From Klebsormidium nitens (taxonomy: Eukaryota; Plantae; Klebsormidiophyceae), in NCBI GenBank assembly GCA_000708835.1, contig DF236988.1, forward strand, positions 186,001 to 250,000: DNA of 64,000 bases, written 5' to 3'. The stretch's first letter is position 1, and each line of letters opens with the position of its first letter. Shown piece by piece: positions 23,785-37,258 of the stretch. The position numbers were made by a program, and so were the translations under genes. The notes beneath the pieces were generated by a model. It was given only the letters and a program-made list of their open reading frames with translations, did no database searches and was not told the origin of the DNA.

Positions 23785-26700
23785 ATGGCTGCCAGGGACT
23801 TCAAGCTTGCAGACCATCCTGCAATCCCGAGGGGTATCCCTCTGATGCTGATTGTCCTTGATGGTTGGGGTGAACAGGTAAGTGTTTCCTACGACGGCAG
23901 ATTGGCCGATTTTTTGGGTTTGATAGGCTGCACATTGGATGTTAGTGGAAAACATTGCTTTAACTTCTTAGTGCCGTCAGATGGGTTTGTCGCCTTCTGC
24001 CTGTATCTTCTCCAACAAAAAGAAAGCAGTGCATTGAACATCTCTTCACATCAATTCAACCAATTGCGAGGGCCTCTGTATTTTGCCTCCTCTGTTCAAA
24101 TGTGCAATGTGGGAATACGAAGTAGTCGGCAAACCACCGCCGTCATCGTCTGCAACTTTATTGCTCACTAAAATCCTCGGGGGTTGCAGTATGATAGAAT
24201 GCAATTGCATCAGAATGCACCTCAGATCATGCTTCGTGGTAATGGTTTAGTATACTGATATGATGGAGAGGTGCTCAACATTGCATGTTGACATAAAAAA
24301 GTTGAAATACGTTGTTCACTTTCTTCTTTACAGCCTGATGGCGAGTACAATGCCATCTCAAAAGCCAGCACGCCGATCATGGACTCCCTGAAGAAGGTAG
24401 GGGTCACATTCCCTGCATTCTAGAAGCATTATTTGTGTCGTATTTTGGCAGCTCAAATTGCCAGAGAATTGGAAAACTTTGCTACACAATGAAGGAACTC
24501 AACCACCGCCTGACAATTTGCAGTAGGTTGTGAGGCTGTGCAATTGACGGATTTTTGCAATGACCAGAATATGAAGACAATTGTCTGATTGTTGCTTGTT
24601 ACAGGGCCACCCAGATTACTGGCGTCTCGTAAAGGCCCATGGACCTGCAGTTGGCCTGCCCCTGGAGAGCGACATGGGAAACAGGTGATATTGTTCCTGC
24701 CACGTGTCGGTCTGACGTTATGAGCAACCGGTTTGTACCATTGGAGTCAAGGCCAATGCTTCGCTATAGTGGGAAATCAGTGCAAACTTGCTGTAACTTC
24801 CTGTCTCCAACGTTGAAGCCGTCCTGGGGGCGCAACTGTGTCTTAATTGTTCTGCACCTGCAAACAGAGGAGCGGGTCTCATCACCACGCACAGACATTC
24901 TGTGCTTGAATAAGTTGATGCTCGCCCTTGAATGTGGCTTAGCATGTGGATGGTCCATCAGCTGCTTTCTAAGCAACAGTTGCAAGTGTTATCTGACGCC
25001 AAAGATCTGCTTATTCTCAGTGAGGTTGGCCACAACGCCATGGGGGCGGGGCGCATCTACAAGCAGGGCGCAGGACTGGTCGACTCTGCGCTTGCAGATG
25101 GGAGCATGTTCACTGGTGGCTGGAAGCAGATCCAGGAAACCATTGAGAAGGGTTGCACACTCCACCTTTTGGGACTTCTCAGTGACGGTGGAGTGCACGC
25201 TCGGCTGGATCAGGTTGGTTTCTCTCCTTCAAGACCTTTGCTTTGATGGGCCCCATAGTGATTAGGAACTTATGTATGCGGAAAATGTAAGGCTCCCCAG
25301 CTTTTTCAATCCAGTTATTGTTCCTTGCTTGGGGATGATGCCCCACCAGAACTGGAGACGTGCTCTCACCCTTTTTGGTAGATGCAGAATTGATCCAATC
25401 AGATTGTTTTATCTTGTAAGGTCAGGCAACTGTTAGCACTCGAGACGTTCTTCCCAATTGACAAAGATCGAGGATGCACCCGTGAGTTTGTCGTAGGTAC
25501 TTCAAGCACCAGGGTCGGTCCCCGCATTATTTAACCTCATTCCACCGTCCGCGTCTGCCTGGAGGTAGCAGTTTCAAATGCGGATGCCAATGCCACCAAA
25601 TATCAAACTTGCATGTGAAGCCCTGAAGCAACTAAAAATCCACACCTCATCGCCAGGTCTGGGGCCTGCTCGGTGGCGCCATCGAGCGCGGTGCCAAGAA
25701 GGTGCGCCTGCATATTCTCACGGACGGGCGTGACGTTGCGGACGGCTCGTCATTTGAGTACGTCGAGAAGCTGGAGAAGTACATTGAGGAGCTGAACAGC
25801 AAGGGCGCCGACGTCAAGATCGCGTCCGGGGGCGGGCGCATGCGCGTGACCATGGACAGATACGAGGTAGGCTTCTGCACTGAGTACATTCTGTTAACAA
25901 GATCTGACAAATGCAGCCGAAACTCAGCTTTGGGGAAGGAAAAGGAGCAGGATTGAGATCCTCTACTCTCCACTAGGAAACAGGCTTGGAACATGGACAG
26001 CGATCTACAGTATGCTTCTCTCTGGTTAGCGATCTGCATTTTGCGACAGACGTACAGATTGTACGTACATTTCATTGTATAACGTCAGCATGATCTCTAT
26101 AAATCAGACAAGGGGTCAAGTCGTGACTTGAGGCGCCGCATACTTTTAGGATCACCTAGTACAAGGGGATTGTATCCGCGGCAATCTATTGGTTTGATGT
26201 AGGAACAGACACAGTTCATGAGTACTGATTTCTGCGTGGTCCCCTGGCCAATGCGTGCAGTGCTGCCAAAGCTGGCTTTCACTTTTGCTTTTCTCGTATC
26301 TGGAACTCGATCCGGACTGAACTCGATCGTCTTCCCCACAAGGCAAGCTCGACGTCTGGCTTCCAAAGCGCATCAGCAAGCTCGATTCTCCCTTCGATCC
26401 CTAAACGAGCTTCATCCGAAACGTTCTTTCGCAGACCGACTGGGAGGTCGTGGAGCGCGGGTGGCATGCGCACGTGCTGGGCGAGGCCCCCAACAAATAC
26501 ACCACCGCTGCGGAGGCGCTCAAGGACCTGCGCGCCAAGGACCCCAAAGTGAACGACCAGTACTACCCCCCTTGGGTGGTGGTGGACGACGCGGGGAAGT
26601 CTGTGGGGACGATCGAGGACGGAGACGCAGTCGTGATCTGGAACTTCCGTGCTGATCGTGTTGTGAGTGCTTCATCCTACTGTCTGCTACTTGGCTTCGT

Positions 26701-29700
26701 GCTAAGGTGTGCTTATCTCAATGAGAACGGAGTGACCTGAATCGCTCGTATCATTGAGTGGGGCCTTCGGGCAGTGAATGCGTGGAATGCTGGAGAATCG
26801 ATGTCTGAGCATGAATTCTTCGTTTGATTCATAACCTCCAGGTTGAGGGCTTGCTGCTCAGGCTTGAAACCTGTTCGTTAATCCGAGCGTCGGGTACTCC
26901 CTGCGGCTTTCTGTTGTGCCCTTCCTTGTCGTCTGCACTGTGGCGCAGTTTTCGCACAAGCTGCTTTCGAAACGGCGCACTCTTTGCTTACACAATCTTC
27001 TGGCTGCAGGTCATGATTTCAAAGGCTTTCGATTTCGAGGATAAGGACTTTCCATTTTTCGACAGGGTGCGCAGGCCGAAGGTGAGCAATGGCGCGAATC
27101 CCAGCCACTCGAGGCATTCCTAGAGCCGGCGCGTTTGTCGGATTCAGAAAGCGCTATTTTCTTTGTGGTTAAGTGAGTCGATCGAACGGCAGTTAAACAC
27201 ATGGCGTGCCACTTCTACTTTCACACATCTGTTGCATCGCAGATCCAGACGAAGTCTCCTCAATCTTTGAAGTACCCAGATCAGAATCTCAAACTGGGCA
27301 ATTGTTCCGATAGTATATTGCGTCGATCAGCATTCGCAAGTCGACTCCATTTTAGGTCCTTGAATATGCGGAGTGCTCTTTTAACGTATTGGGGCAATCA
27401 CCTAATCGGGACGATGCCTGGACTTGCTAGGCTGATATTGAAAGGTGCCGGGGATGTTTCGGTAAATGCCTTATCTTATCCCCACCGCTTTGCTGCAGGT
27501 GACGCTTGCGGGGATGTTGGAGTATGACGTGGAGATCCATCTGCCCTCGATCCACCTTGTGGACCCCCCCCAGATCGAGGGCACCTCCGGCGAGTACCTC
27601 GCCAAGAACCACGTCCGGTCATATGCCTGCAGGTGCGTATTTACACCAGTGAACTCTGAACTCTTGCATGTCAAATCCCTCAAGCCCCAGACTTTTGCAG
27701 AGGAGTACGCCTGATCGATCTCTCCACGGTGTTTTTGCATTAGTCAAGCACTTCGCTGAATGCAGGTCTTGTGTTGCTGACCGCAGGAAAGAGGTTTTCG
27801 ATTCAAAGCGGTTCGCTTGTTTACGGCCCTTGGGTGGATAGAAACCGTTGTAAGCGAACCGATGACGGATCGTCGCTGAGGTGCTGTCGGCACCTCACTT
27901 CGTCGAAAGGTTCCTTTTGATACTTCGCCTTCGCCGTGTTAGCAGTGAGTGCGAAAGCCTGCTGTGTGCCTGAAACGTCGCTGCGTTAAGAAAGTAGCTG
28001 CTTATGCTTGCAGTGAGACCGTCAAGTTCGGGCACATGACGTTCTTCTGGAATGGCAACCGGTCAGGCTACTTCGACGCCAAGTACGAAAAGTATGTGGA
28101 GATTCCGACGGACAAGGGCATTCAGGTAGGCGATCACCGCTCGTTCCTCCCTCTGTCACGGCATTTGTTTTCAAAGAGGCTTCCACCGCTTGTTACCTGT
28201 ACCTAAGCGTTTCCTATTACTTACGGGAGCTCAGCACAAGTCCAGCAATTTCCCGGAAGGGAGGCGAGCGAACTCAGAAGTATAGCCGTGATGGTGGCCG
28301 GCGGGGGCTTGGTGAATACCAATGTCTCTGCTTAGAAAACAAGAAAGACAATTCAGTATAAGAACTGTGTTTGACTATCGCCGGTAGACTCACCCTGGCG
28401 TACATCTCCGCCTCTTCTGTCGTTGCAAAACTAAGCCTCGAGATCTTAAAGTGGGCGTCGGATTTCAGAGCCGGGAAATGCACACTAGTGAGTCTGAGTC
28501 CTGAGGAGAGCCTCGAGAAGGCCAACGCTGAGGCGTCCGATAGATTCAACTTGGACGTTTGAACCGTCCGATGTCCAGGTGCACTCGCGAGTGCATACGC
28601 CCACTTTAACCGCTGAAGCTGTCGCTAAGGAACCCTTCGCATGCTGCACTGAAAGATCGCATGCATTTGACTGTTTCTAGACAAGACAGCTGCTGCTGGG
28701 GACAGGTTTCATGAGGTGGCGCTAGCACATCGTTATTCGGCAGGCCAAACCACGCTCACGCCGACACCTTCTCACACTCCGCCCATTTCTCTAAAGAGCC
28801 GCGGTCGAGAGGTTCTGTCACCTCTTTGGCCCGTTCACGGAGCCAACGGCTCCATTATCTTCACATCATCTGGAAACAACAGAAACGATCGAGGACTTTG
28901 AGAAGTCAAGGATTCGGCCTTCTGGTGACACGGATTCCGATCCCTCTGATGACACGTTGTCTAACTTTAAGTAACCTGAATTCCGAATCCTTTTGGTAAC
29001 GCGGTTCCCCATCTTCAACAGTTCAACGAGAAGCCGCCGATGAAGGCGGCCGAGATCGCGGAGGCAGCGGCCGCAGCATTCAAGAGCGGGGAGTGGGACT
29101 TTGTGCGCGTCAACTTCCCCAACGCCGACATGGTGGGCCACACCGGCGACATGGAGGCCACTGTTGTGGGGTGCGAGGCCGCCGACAAGGGGGTCGAGGT
29201 GCGTTCTCTTGCCAAGCGCTTAAACTCGAAGTTCCCCCCCCCCTTTTTCGTAACGATTCGTGGATAAAACCATGCATCGCATCTTGAACCTGCGTGTTAC
29301 CGTCTGATTGAAGGACATTGAGCGGGTTGTATTAATAAAAAGGCATTGAGCCGGTTGTGGTACCAAAGCTCCGATCCGCTTCTAATAGCAAGAACAGAGA
29401 CCTCGTTTCTAGTGTCTCCAATGTCGCTGGCGGGTAAAAGCACTCTTTGACTACGGTCTGCCAATTCTGTGGGTTGGGTCAGAGGCGCTTTTTTTTTCTC
29501 TCTTTGCAAATGGCTCTTTGCAGTAAACAGAAAGGTGAGGATTAAGAGGGATTCTTTTTTAACGGTTAACTGCTACCAACATTTGTTTCAAGATTTGAAT
29601 CTAGAAAAAAGACGCCCACCATCAGTCCCCCTCGCAAATAGCGTGCTCGAGTCAGCCGGCTTTGCACTCCTGAAGATGTGCTTTCCTTCGTGACCGCACT

Positions 29701-31425
29701 CACTTTGCTTTGCTTTGCATTTTTCACGAGTTAGACGCTTGTTAGTGCGGGAGTCGCCCGTTCGTGCACGTGGCGCTCCTTGATCGCAGGTGCTGCCGAA
29801 GATGGTAAACAGGGTTTGCACCTAATGTGATTATATTCTTCCTTAGGTTGCATTTCGTGAGCAACCTTAATGAGGGCCGTTACTTTGACCACAGATTCCT
29901 ATACTGCTGTTGCGGGCGGTGGGGTGTCTATCAGTGGGGTTACATGGCCCGCTTTAGGTTGACACAAGGCGTTTGTAGGTGTTGTTGAAGGCCGTGGAGG
30001 ACCTGGGGCGGCAGTTACTTCATCCAAATCGTTGCTTCAATCACATTACCCGCCCAAACCTGACACATGGCATCTTTCTGACCGCAGCTGTTGCCGAAGG
30101 CCGTGGCGTTCGCGGGCGGCACTTACCGTACTCAAAGACTGCCCTGACTCACAGTACCCCCCTAACTTGCCTAAATTTGACACGTGGCATCTTTCTGGCC
30201 GCAGGTGTTGCTGAAGGCCGTGGAGGACGCGGGCGGCATCTACCTGGTGACGGCGGACCACGGCAACGCGGAGGAGATGGTGAAGCACGACAAGGACGGC
30301 AAGCCCGTGCTCACCAAGGACGGCACCCCGCAGAAGCTCACCGCCCACACGTGTGCACCGGTAAGGCGCGGTTTCACCAAAAAAGGCGGCCCGGGATACC
30401 TTTTTTGGGCGGCCTTGAAACCCGTATGCAGACTCTCTTGTCGCCCTGAATCCTAGTGCTACGTTACCCAGCATGGATAGACAGCCCGTGCTCACCAAGG
30501 ACGGCACCCCGCCAGAAGGTTCACCGCCCACACCTGTGCACCGGTGAGGCGCGTTTTTTGGCGACCTTGGAAGGCGCATGCCGACTCTCGTGTCGCCATG
30601 AATCCTAGTGCTACGTTGCCCAGCATGGACGGCAAGCCCCGCTCACCGAGGATGGCATCCCGCCAGAAAGTTTATTGCCTACACGTACGCGCTGGTAAGG
30701 CATGCGTGTTTGTAAGGTCAAAAAGGCGATCATGGATTCGTAACGCTGTGGCGACAGAGAAGCCGGTATGCAGACTTCTCCGTCGCCTCCAACTCCTTGT
30801 AATAAGGTGTTCAGCGAGGTTGAAGCTGGTATTGCAGTCTCGTGGGCGCCTTGACAGCCACTTAGACGTGTGACAGCCCGTGTGGTCTTCCAACTGACGA
30901 AGAGCATATTCGTAGAGCTATGATTTTCTGGATGTCGATTGAAGGATTACGGAAATGCATTCTTGGATTCCCGGTTTTTGGTGTCGACACCTTGCACAAG
31001 TCGATTGAGGGGCTGAGGTCGCTTTCAGAAGATACATACAGGGATTGTTTATAGCATTATCCTGCGTCATCTGTTCGTCTGGCACCGAGGGTCTGTGCGT
31101 GAGCCAAATCCAGATCGCGACTCTGTCTGCAAAGTCCACGCTTGGTCAGCGAGTTGCGGACTCGTTAGGCAGTTGGACCTGCTTTGGGTGTCAGGGTCAC
31201 CGCTCCTTGCAACTGAAAGTGCGAAGAGTTCTGAGGATGTCGTCCCTACTCTAATTGTAGGTCCCCGTTGCCATTGGCGGGCCTGGGCTGCCCAAGAACA
31301 TCAAGCTTCGAAAGGACCTTCCGGGCGCGGGCCTCGCAAATGTGGCGGCAACGTTCATCAACCTTTGCGGTCTCGAGGCTCCCAGTGATATGGAGCCTAC
31401 ATTGCTTGAAGTCGTTGAGCAATAA
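23785..31425 (+). CDS. iPGAM: 2,3-bisphosphoglycerate-independent phosphoglycerate mutase, plant cytosolic type, 12 exons, 560 aa
   Basis: Exons 23785-23877, 24334-24396, 24605-24684, 25021-25213, 25657-25866, 26435-26662, 27010-27081, 27499-27632, 28014-28125, 29022-29198, 30205-30360, 31261-31425 (sum 1683 nt). Motifs [69 protein letters not shown]. Confidence 0.96.
29765..30200 (+). repeat. Acceptor-side echo array: 3 copies upstream of iPGAM exon 11
   Basis: cag|GTGTTGCTGAAGGCCGTGGAGGAC-like sequence at 29790, 29979 and 30088 versus true 30205; preceding intron motif tgacac(a/g)tggcatctttctg is also repeated. Confidence 0.85.
30400..30790 (+). repeat. Donor-side echo array: 2 copies downstream of iPGAM exon 11
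   Basis: [19 protein letters not shown]|GT(A/G)AGGC-like units end at 30543 and 30694 versus true 30360; spacer gaatcctagtgctacgtt(a/g)cccagcatgga is duplicated. Confidence 0.88.
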
Positions 31426-33046
31426 TCTACTTACTGGCAACGGCGTATCTAAAAAAACACCATCTGCAAGATCCTTATTACGTTGGTTGCGAGCAGCGCA
31501 GGTATCTGAGCATACTGCAAAGAAATGTTGGACCAGTAGCTGCTACTAAAAGTCAGTCAAGACGTCATGTCCCAGCTTGTACATTCTGCCTAGTACACGA
31601 TTAATGAAATCGTGCAAACGCCCCGATGCTTTCAGAACTTTGAAGGTGTTCAAAGTCGACATGGCACATATTGGAGGTTCACCAGCGATGTTTGCTTCGG
31701 TCTGTTAGTGTAGGAGTCACCGGGCGCGCTGCTGTCACTCTCTAAACGTCAGCCGCTTAAGGACACCTCATGTGTGCTTGGTGGTCAATGATTGTGGAAG
31801 TGCGCCATGATGCACCGACTGTGTGTCAAGCACCTGTCTGGACTGTGGGCCGCCAACTCACTAAGCTGTTCTATCCCTCTAGCTCCGACGTTTTTCAACA
31901 CGTTCAGTACACCAGTATAGCCAGGCTGCGCGCGCCACTTGAAAATATGTTGCTAGACAGATCGACCGGAGAATCATGTGACTACTACGGCCGCGGGCCG
32001 GCCACGCGGATTGTGGCTTGGCAACAACGATTGCCCGCACGCGCGGCGCCCCGTATTGAACCACTTTCAACCGTCCCGGGTCCGGCCTCAATCCGGCCAT
32101 ATGCGTTGCAAGTGCTCTCCTCATGGTGTGACATGTGCTGCATGAGAGCTCTAAGTTCCATGCAAATGCCAGGCTGAGCTTGCATGTGCTGCATGCAGGC
32201 GGGAACGAAGGTCACGTGACAACTTATGTACTAGTGAACTGATTGATTAAGGTTGTTCGCATTCTGAGCTGGAGCCTTGACGTACCTATCATTGCGGCAG
32301 CCCCCCGGCGCGGCGCCTTGTGCATCGATCTTCCCAGAAATACACTAGACAAATCGATCATGGCTCTGGTCTATTCTCGCCGGCCGCGCGTCCATATCAT
32401 TGTGCTACAGCCAAATATGTTAAAGGCTAGGGCATATGAGTGCGTACTTCGTATAAGTAGAACCTGTAGAAGATACTATAGCTATCCACAATGATGAGGT
32501 TAGCAATCCGTACCCAATCTCATGACAGCGTAGTAAAAATGCAAGAGGCAGTCTGTATTTAAGTGCACTGTACTTCCCCCCCCCATGCAAGCGTGCTGGC
32601 CAGAGAAAGACCTAAGCAACTTGCGGCACATTGTCCGCCCGCATGCTAGAGAACCGGGCCCTGGACGGAGTGGGTCGACGTCCGACATTTTAGAGGACTC
32701 AAGTCTGCTGTTGAGCTTCATATCATGGGCAAAGGATCTCGGAGCCTGTTCGAAAGCGATTGCCTCCAAAGACAAACCTCAGAGCTACAATGCCTACTTG
32801 TTCTGCAATGCCCCTAGGTACTTCCAAGCAACATGCGGCACGCCTTGAAAGTACCTGCAGAAAGCGTCCGATTCACTACGGCTGCCGCGGCAACCAGCCA
32901 GATATGTCGTACCCTAGGGTTTACCTCTCTACGACCCAACTCTGTTCAAACTCAAAGCCGATGCAGAAGGCTGTGTGACTCTTCCAAAAACAGGGAGGAC
33001 CAAAAGACAAAAACAGCCAGCCCCGCCGCCGCCACAAAAGCCGCCG

Positions 33047-35633
33047 CTAGCTGGCTTTCGTCTGCATGAGCTCGTTCATCGTCGCCAGCACATTCCGATA
33101 CCCCTCCTTCAACGTCCGGTTCTCCGCTTGTAGCTTCTCAATCTCCTCTGCGGGGTTCCCGACCGTTGATGGATCCCCAGGGCTCTTCCCGACCGTTGAT
33201 TGTTCCCCGGGGTTCTTCCCCGGGGCCGCTTGGGGGATCCCCCGGAGGGGCGCGGACGCCCGCCGGCTGAGCTCCGTCCGCAGCCGGACGTTCTCTTCCT
33301 GCAGCCTTGAAATCTCGCGCCGCCCCTCGTTCGCCACCCGAGACAGCTCGCCGCGCACGGCCGTGAGCTCCGCCTCTAGTTTCACAATCTTCTCCCGGAG
33401 CAGCGTCTCTTGGGCCTGGAAAGACAGCCAGACACGTGGCAGTCAGACGTACGAATTGTTCTCAAAAGACGGAAAGTCTCTCGGGGCAGCGGCCAAAGGC
33501 AGAGCCCCTTTGGCCGCTGGCGCCTGGGAGAAGAAGGGCGGAGGACACGTGACCGTTAAAAGAGAAAGGGAACAAAGCCCTTCAGCGACCCTGCTCGCGT
33601 AAAGAGTTGAGAACTTTTTCGGAGATCGCCTCTTTTGTCCTACACAACCGACGGAAACGTGCTTGTAATGATCGAGCACAGCCTTTCAAGACACCAGTAA
33701 GGCAACGCCTGTCGGGCCTGGCTGGGGGAACAGAGGCCGACTTATCGGCGCAGAATTCAGAAGCTACAAAGAAATCGACGGACTCTGCAGATCCTTGTGC
33801 GGGAATCCACATCGCACGGCGACCCACTAGAACTCAAACCCCCGAGGCGAACAGGCTGACAACCCCAACAGCGCTGACGTCAGTCTTCCGTACGCTCACC
33901 TTCTTGCGCAACCGGTGCCGCCGCGACTTGAGCATGTTCTTCTCCCGCTGCGTCTTCTGGGGGTCTCCGTCTCCAGCATTTCGGTCCCCCCCGGAACCAC
34001 TTCGGCCAGAACCCCCGGCCCCCTTGCTCTCAATGAGGCGGAATCCGGCCCCTCCGTGAACGGAAGGGTCCGCCGAAGTGCTCGGATCGTCCGAACTTCG
34101 TTCACTGTCGACTGAACCGCTGAGTTCTGGTTTCGGGGGGTCGGCATAGGGGGGTGGAGAGGGGGGACGGGAATGAGGCGCGGAGGGGGCGGGTTGAGGG
34201 GGATTGAGCGGCTGACGTTTGGGGGGAGGGTTCGGGGAAAAGGGGGTAACGGTTGCAAAGGAGGGGGATGGCGGAAGCCGAGAGGGATGGTTCCTGGAAG
34301 CTGCAAAAAGAAGGAGGAGGTAGTGAGACTCCGAAGCTGGGCCGTGTGATGAAAGACATCTTGTCATGTGTATCTACAATTGTTGGTAGTAACGACTACC
34401 GGTGGATAGCCGGCTTCGATTTGTGAGTGTTAGGAAGTCTGCGCCAAGCTCTTAAACAATCGAGCTTTCGACAGGAGAAGCAGACAAGGAGACTGTAAAA
34501 AAAATGCGGCCACTGCATGTGGCCTTTGCCTGACGATCTCAACTGTAACGGCTTTCATCCATAGGGTGTTGATGTTGAATGTGACCGTCCATAAACGGGT
34601 TGAATCTCCGCCAGATTGGGGCGGGTGCACTATGAGCGGCTACCACCGGTGCTAGAGAGCTTGACAAGCCTGATCTTGAACTGCCAGTCAATCTCTTGTA
34701 TGGAAAGGGCGCAACAATTTTCCACATCAAATGAAGCATTGCTCACGGAGTGCTTTGAGCAGCACTAGTGCCGATCATACATCTGCAACGACAAAGCTTG
34801 GAGAAATAGCGTCCAGTCCCTATGTGACGAGTCCGGGAATAGGATTCTTGTTAGCTGGTCGTAGCTAGCCCATCTGAATCTTGCTTCAGATTTGGGTTCC
34901 GAGAGTTCGGGAATCGGCTTCGTTTCTGTCACGTTGAGGATTGATACTGCATCTGAGTCTGCGGTTGATTCTGCTCAGCATACGATAAACTCTTGTTCCC
35001 TGTTCCGTTGAGCCTGCCGTGAACGCAAGGATAAGCAGGAGGATCGAATCAAAGGGAGGGCATTGACAGTGGAACCACAAGGACACTCACCATTGGAGGC
35101 TGCATGATGAGTCCCGCAAAACTCGTTGGCCCACCCGGCACCCCTCCGGGGACCCCATCCCGGCTGCTCTCTGACTTCACCCCCCCAAGCGACCCCCCCC
35201 TTTCGAAACCGAGCAGCGTGCCCTCCCCCAGAAGCACCTTCCCGAACGACTCTCTGCTCGAGTCCGTCCTCATCATTTTGGGGGTCCCTCCGTTCAGCTC
35301 CAACGAGTGCCGCGAGCCCTCCCCCCCGACGAGCGCCGAAAAGTCGCGCTTCCCCAGGGACGACGTGCGCTGCGACAGCATGTCTTGGGCGCTCTCAAAC
35401 TTTTGCTCGAGGCTCGCGACTTCTTGGGGCGGCGCGCCGCGGCGGAAGTCGGGGCCGAGCGAGTTGTCCCCCGGGCGGGGGTCCCACATTGCGATGATCT
35501 CCTTCATGTCGCAGCTGTTCGCCGAGAGCGCTTCCGCGGAGCTCTGGCTCGAGAAGATGGTCTCCGCCATACTGCCCCGCGCCAAGCACTTGCAGCTGTC
35601 TAAACTCGACGCCCTGATCTCGTCTGGATTCAC
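33047..35633 (-). CDS. bZIP-like transcription factor (at least 3 exons)
   Basis: Exon 35633-35091 (phase-0 GT donor), exon ending 33900 (acceptor uncertain, 34211 is in frame) and exon 33415-33047. Spliced QREKNMLKSRRHRLRKK|AQETLLREKIVKLEAELTAVRGEL fits N-x7-R-x9-L plus heptad repeats. Confidence 0.65.
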
Positions 35634-37258
35634 TTGATTCTAGTGTAACGAGTCATGGTGGTCTGAGATTGTGGTTCAAGATTTCAATACTTGGGCCTTG
35701 GTGGATACGGTTGAGCATCTATGCTTCTGTTCCGCTGTGCAGGGCGAAATGCCGACAGCAGAAAGTTGCTGGAGTTGGGCTCATAACCCAACCAGTGGGT
35801 CTACAGAGGTAATGCTTATCTGATTTGACTACGTTGCGCAAACCAGAAGGGTTCCATTGCAGGGACAATGTGGGGGGACAATGTGGCTCCTTACATGGCA
35901 GGCCTTGGTTGGGATTGTCCGCTTCAAACAACTTTCAAGCAGCTAAGGACTCTTTGGGTTCCGCTTCAGGCGACAAATTCAATGCACTCTGCCTTGCCCC
36001 CTGAGCCCCGCTATGGTTGGTTGAATGTCCACAATGTCCATAGACACAGGCTTCTGCATTCACAATCTGCTGAAATGGGGCCACACTCTCCACTCACACA
36101 CAGGAGTTGCGTTGAATGCTAGTGTGCAACAGCAGCTACACAGTACAACAGGTGGCAGCTTACGTCACTCCCTTCACCCTTCTGCACAACTCTCTCTTTC
36201 TCCCACAGGGCGTGCCGTCAACAGCCGCATCGATCGCTTGCTGCTGACTGTTGCAAAGCTGGAGCGCACGGGCCAATAGGAGCAATTACCTTTCTATGTC
36301 TCAATGTCAAGTATTATGCACTCTAGAGAATGTGACCTGCTTGTCGGAGAGGTAATGTCCTCAGACCGTGGTGCTTTACGAGGGGGACTAGGAGCATGAA
36401 ACTCACGGTTCCAAGAACAGCCACATTAAGGAATGTAGACCCAATCCGTGCAGAAGCCTAGCAGACTAGTGCCAGGTGTCATTCAATTGACCCAGGTGAC
36501 AAGCATTCGCTTCCCCAGCTGTTCCAATTTGACCAGACACAAGGGGCCCACACAGCAGATGAGAATGTGAGCAGGTGTTTACCAGCTCTCTTCTCTGCAT
36601 TGGCCTTCACAACTTCTTCCGTCATTATGTAAAGCAGGCGTCGCCGGCATGGCCCAGAACAAAAGTGAAATCCGCCAAGAACAAAACGGAACCGCCATAG
36701 AATCCTGACGTCACGCTGCCTCAAGGTCACGTATCCGAGCAGGAGGTTACGGCACTGGTCGATGCTTATGGAATGATTCATTTGCAAACGGAACCGGTGG
36801 CTACCGCCCGGGATGTCCTAGAGGTATTCGAAGGGCACGATCTGAAGCCGGGAGCTCATCACTCCACCCACAGGAGGAGTCAGCGCATCATATTGAGGCG
36901 ACTCGGTACGCAACCGGCAAGTGCTTATATTAGTACTGCCAGGGGGAGTACCGTTATCAAGCTGTGTTAACCCTTACCACTTTATGGGGCCCGCGAGAAG
37001 CTCTGAGCTTGTCCTCCTGCTCTAGTTGCTCTCAGTTGCATGTTCGGTGACGGTCGCGGCCGCCCACCCTGACTCAATTCGGAAAACTGCGGCCGCGCAA
37101 CCCTGCCGCGCCTCCCCCTGACTCATGTCTGCAGGCCATGCCTAGGAAGCTGATTTCAAAGCAGCTAGGTAGCAGAAGGAAACTTTGGGATCACAGCAGC
37201 AGAGGAAAGCCAGGAAGTTGCTCGAGCTTGTGTCCTCTTACAGACCTTCTTCAGCGCC

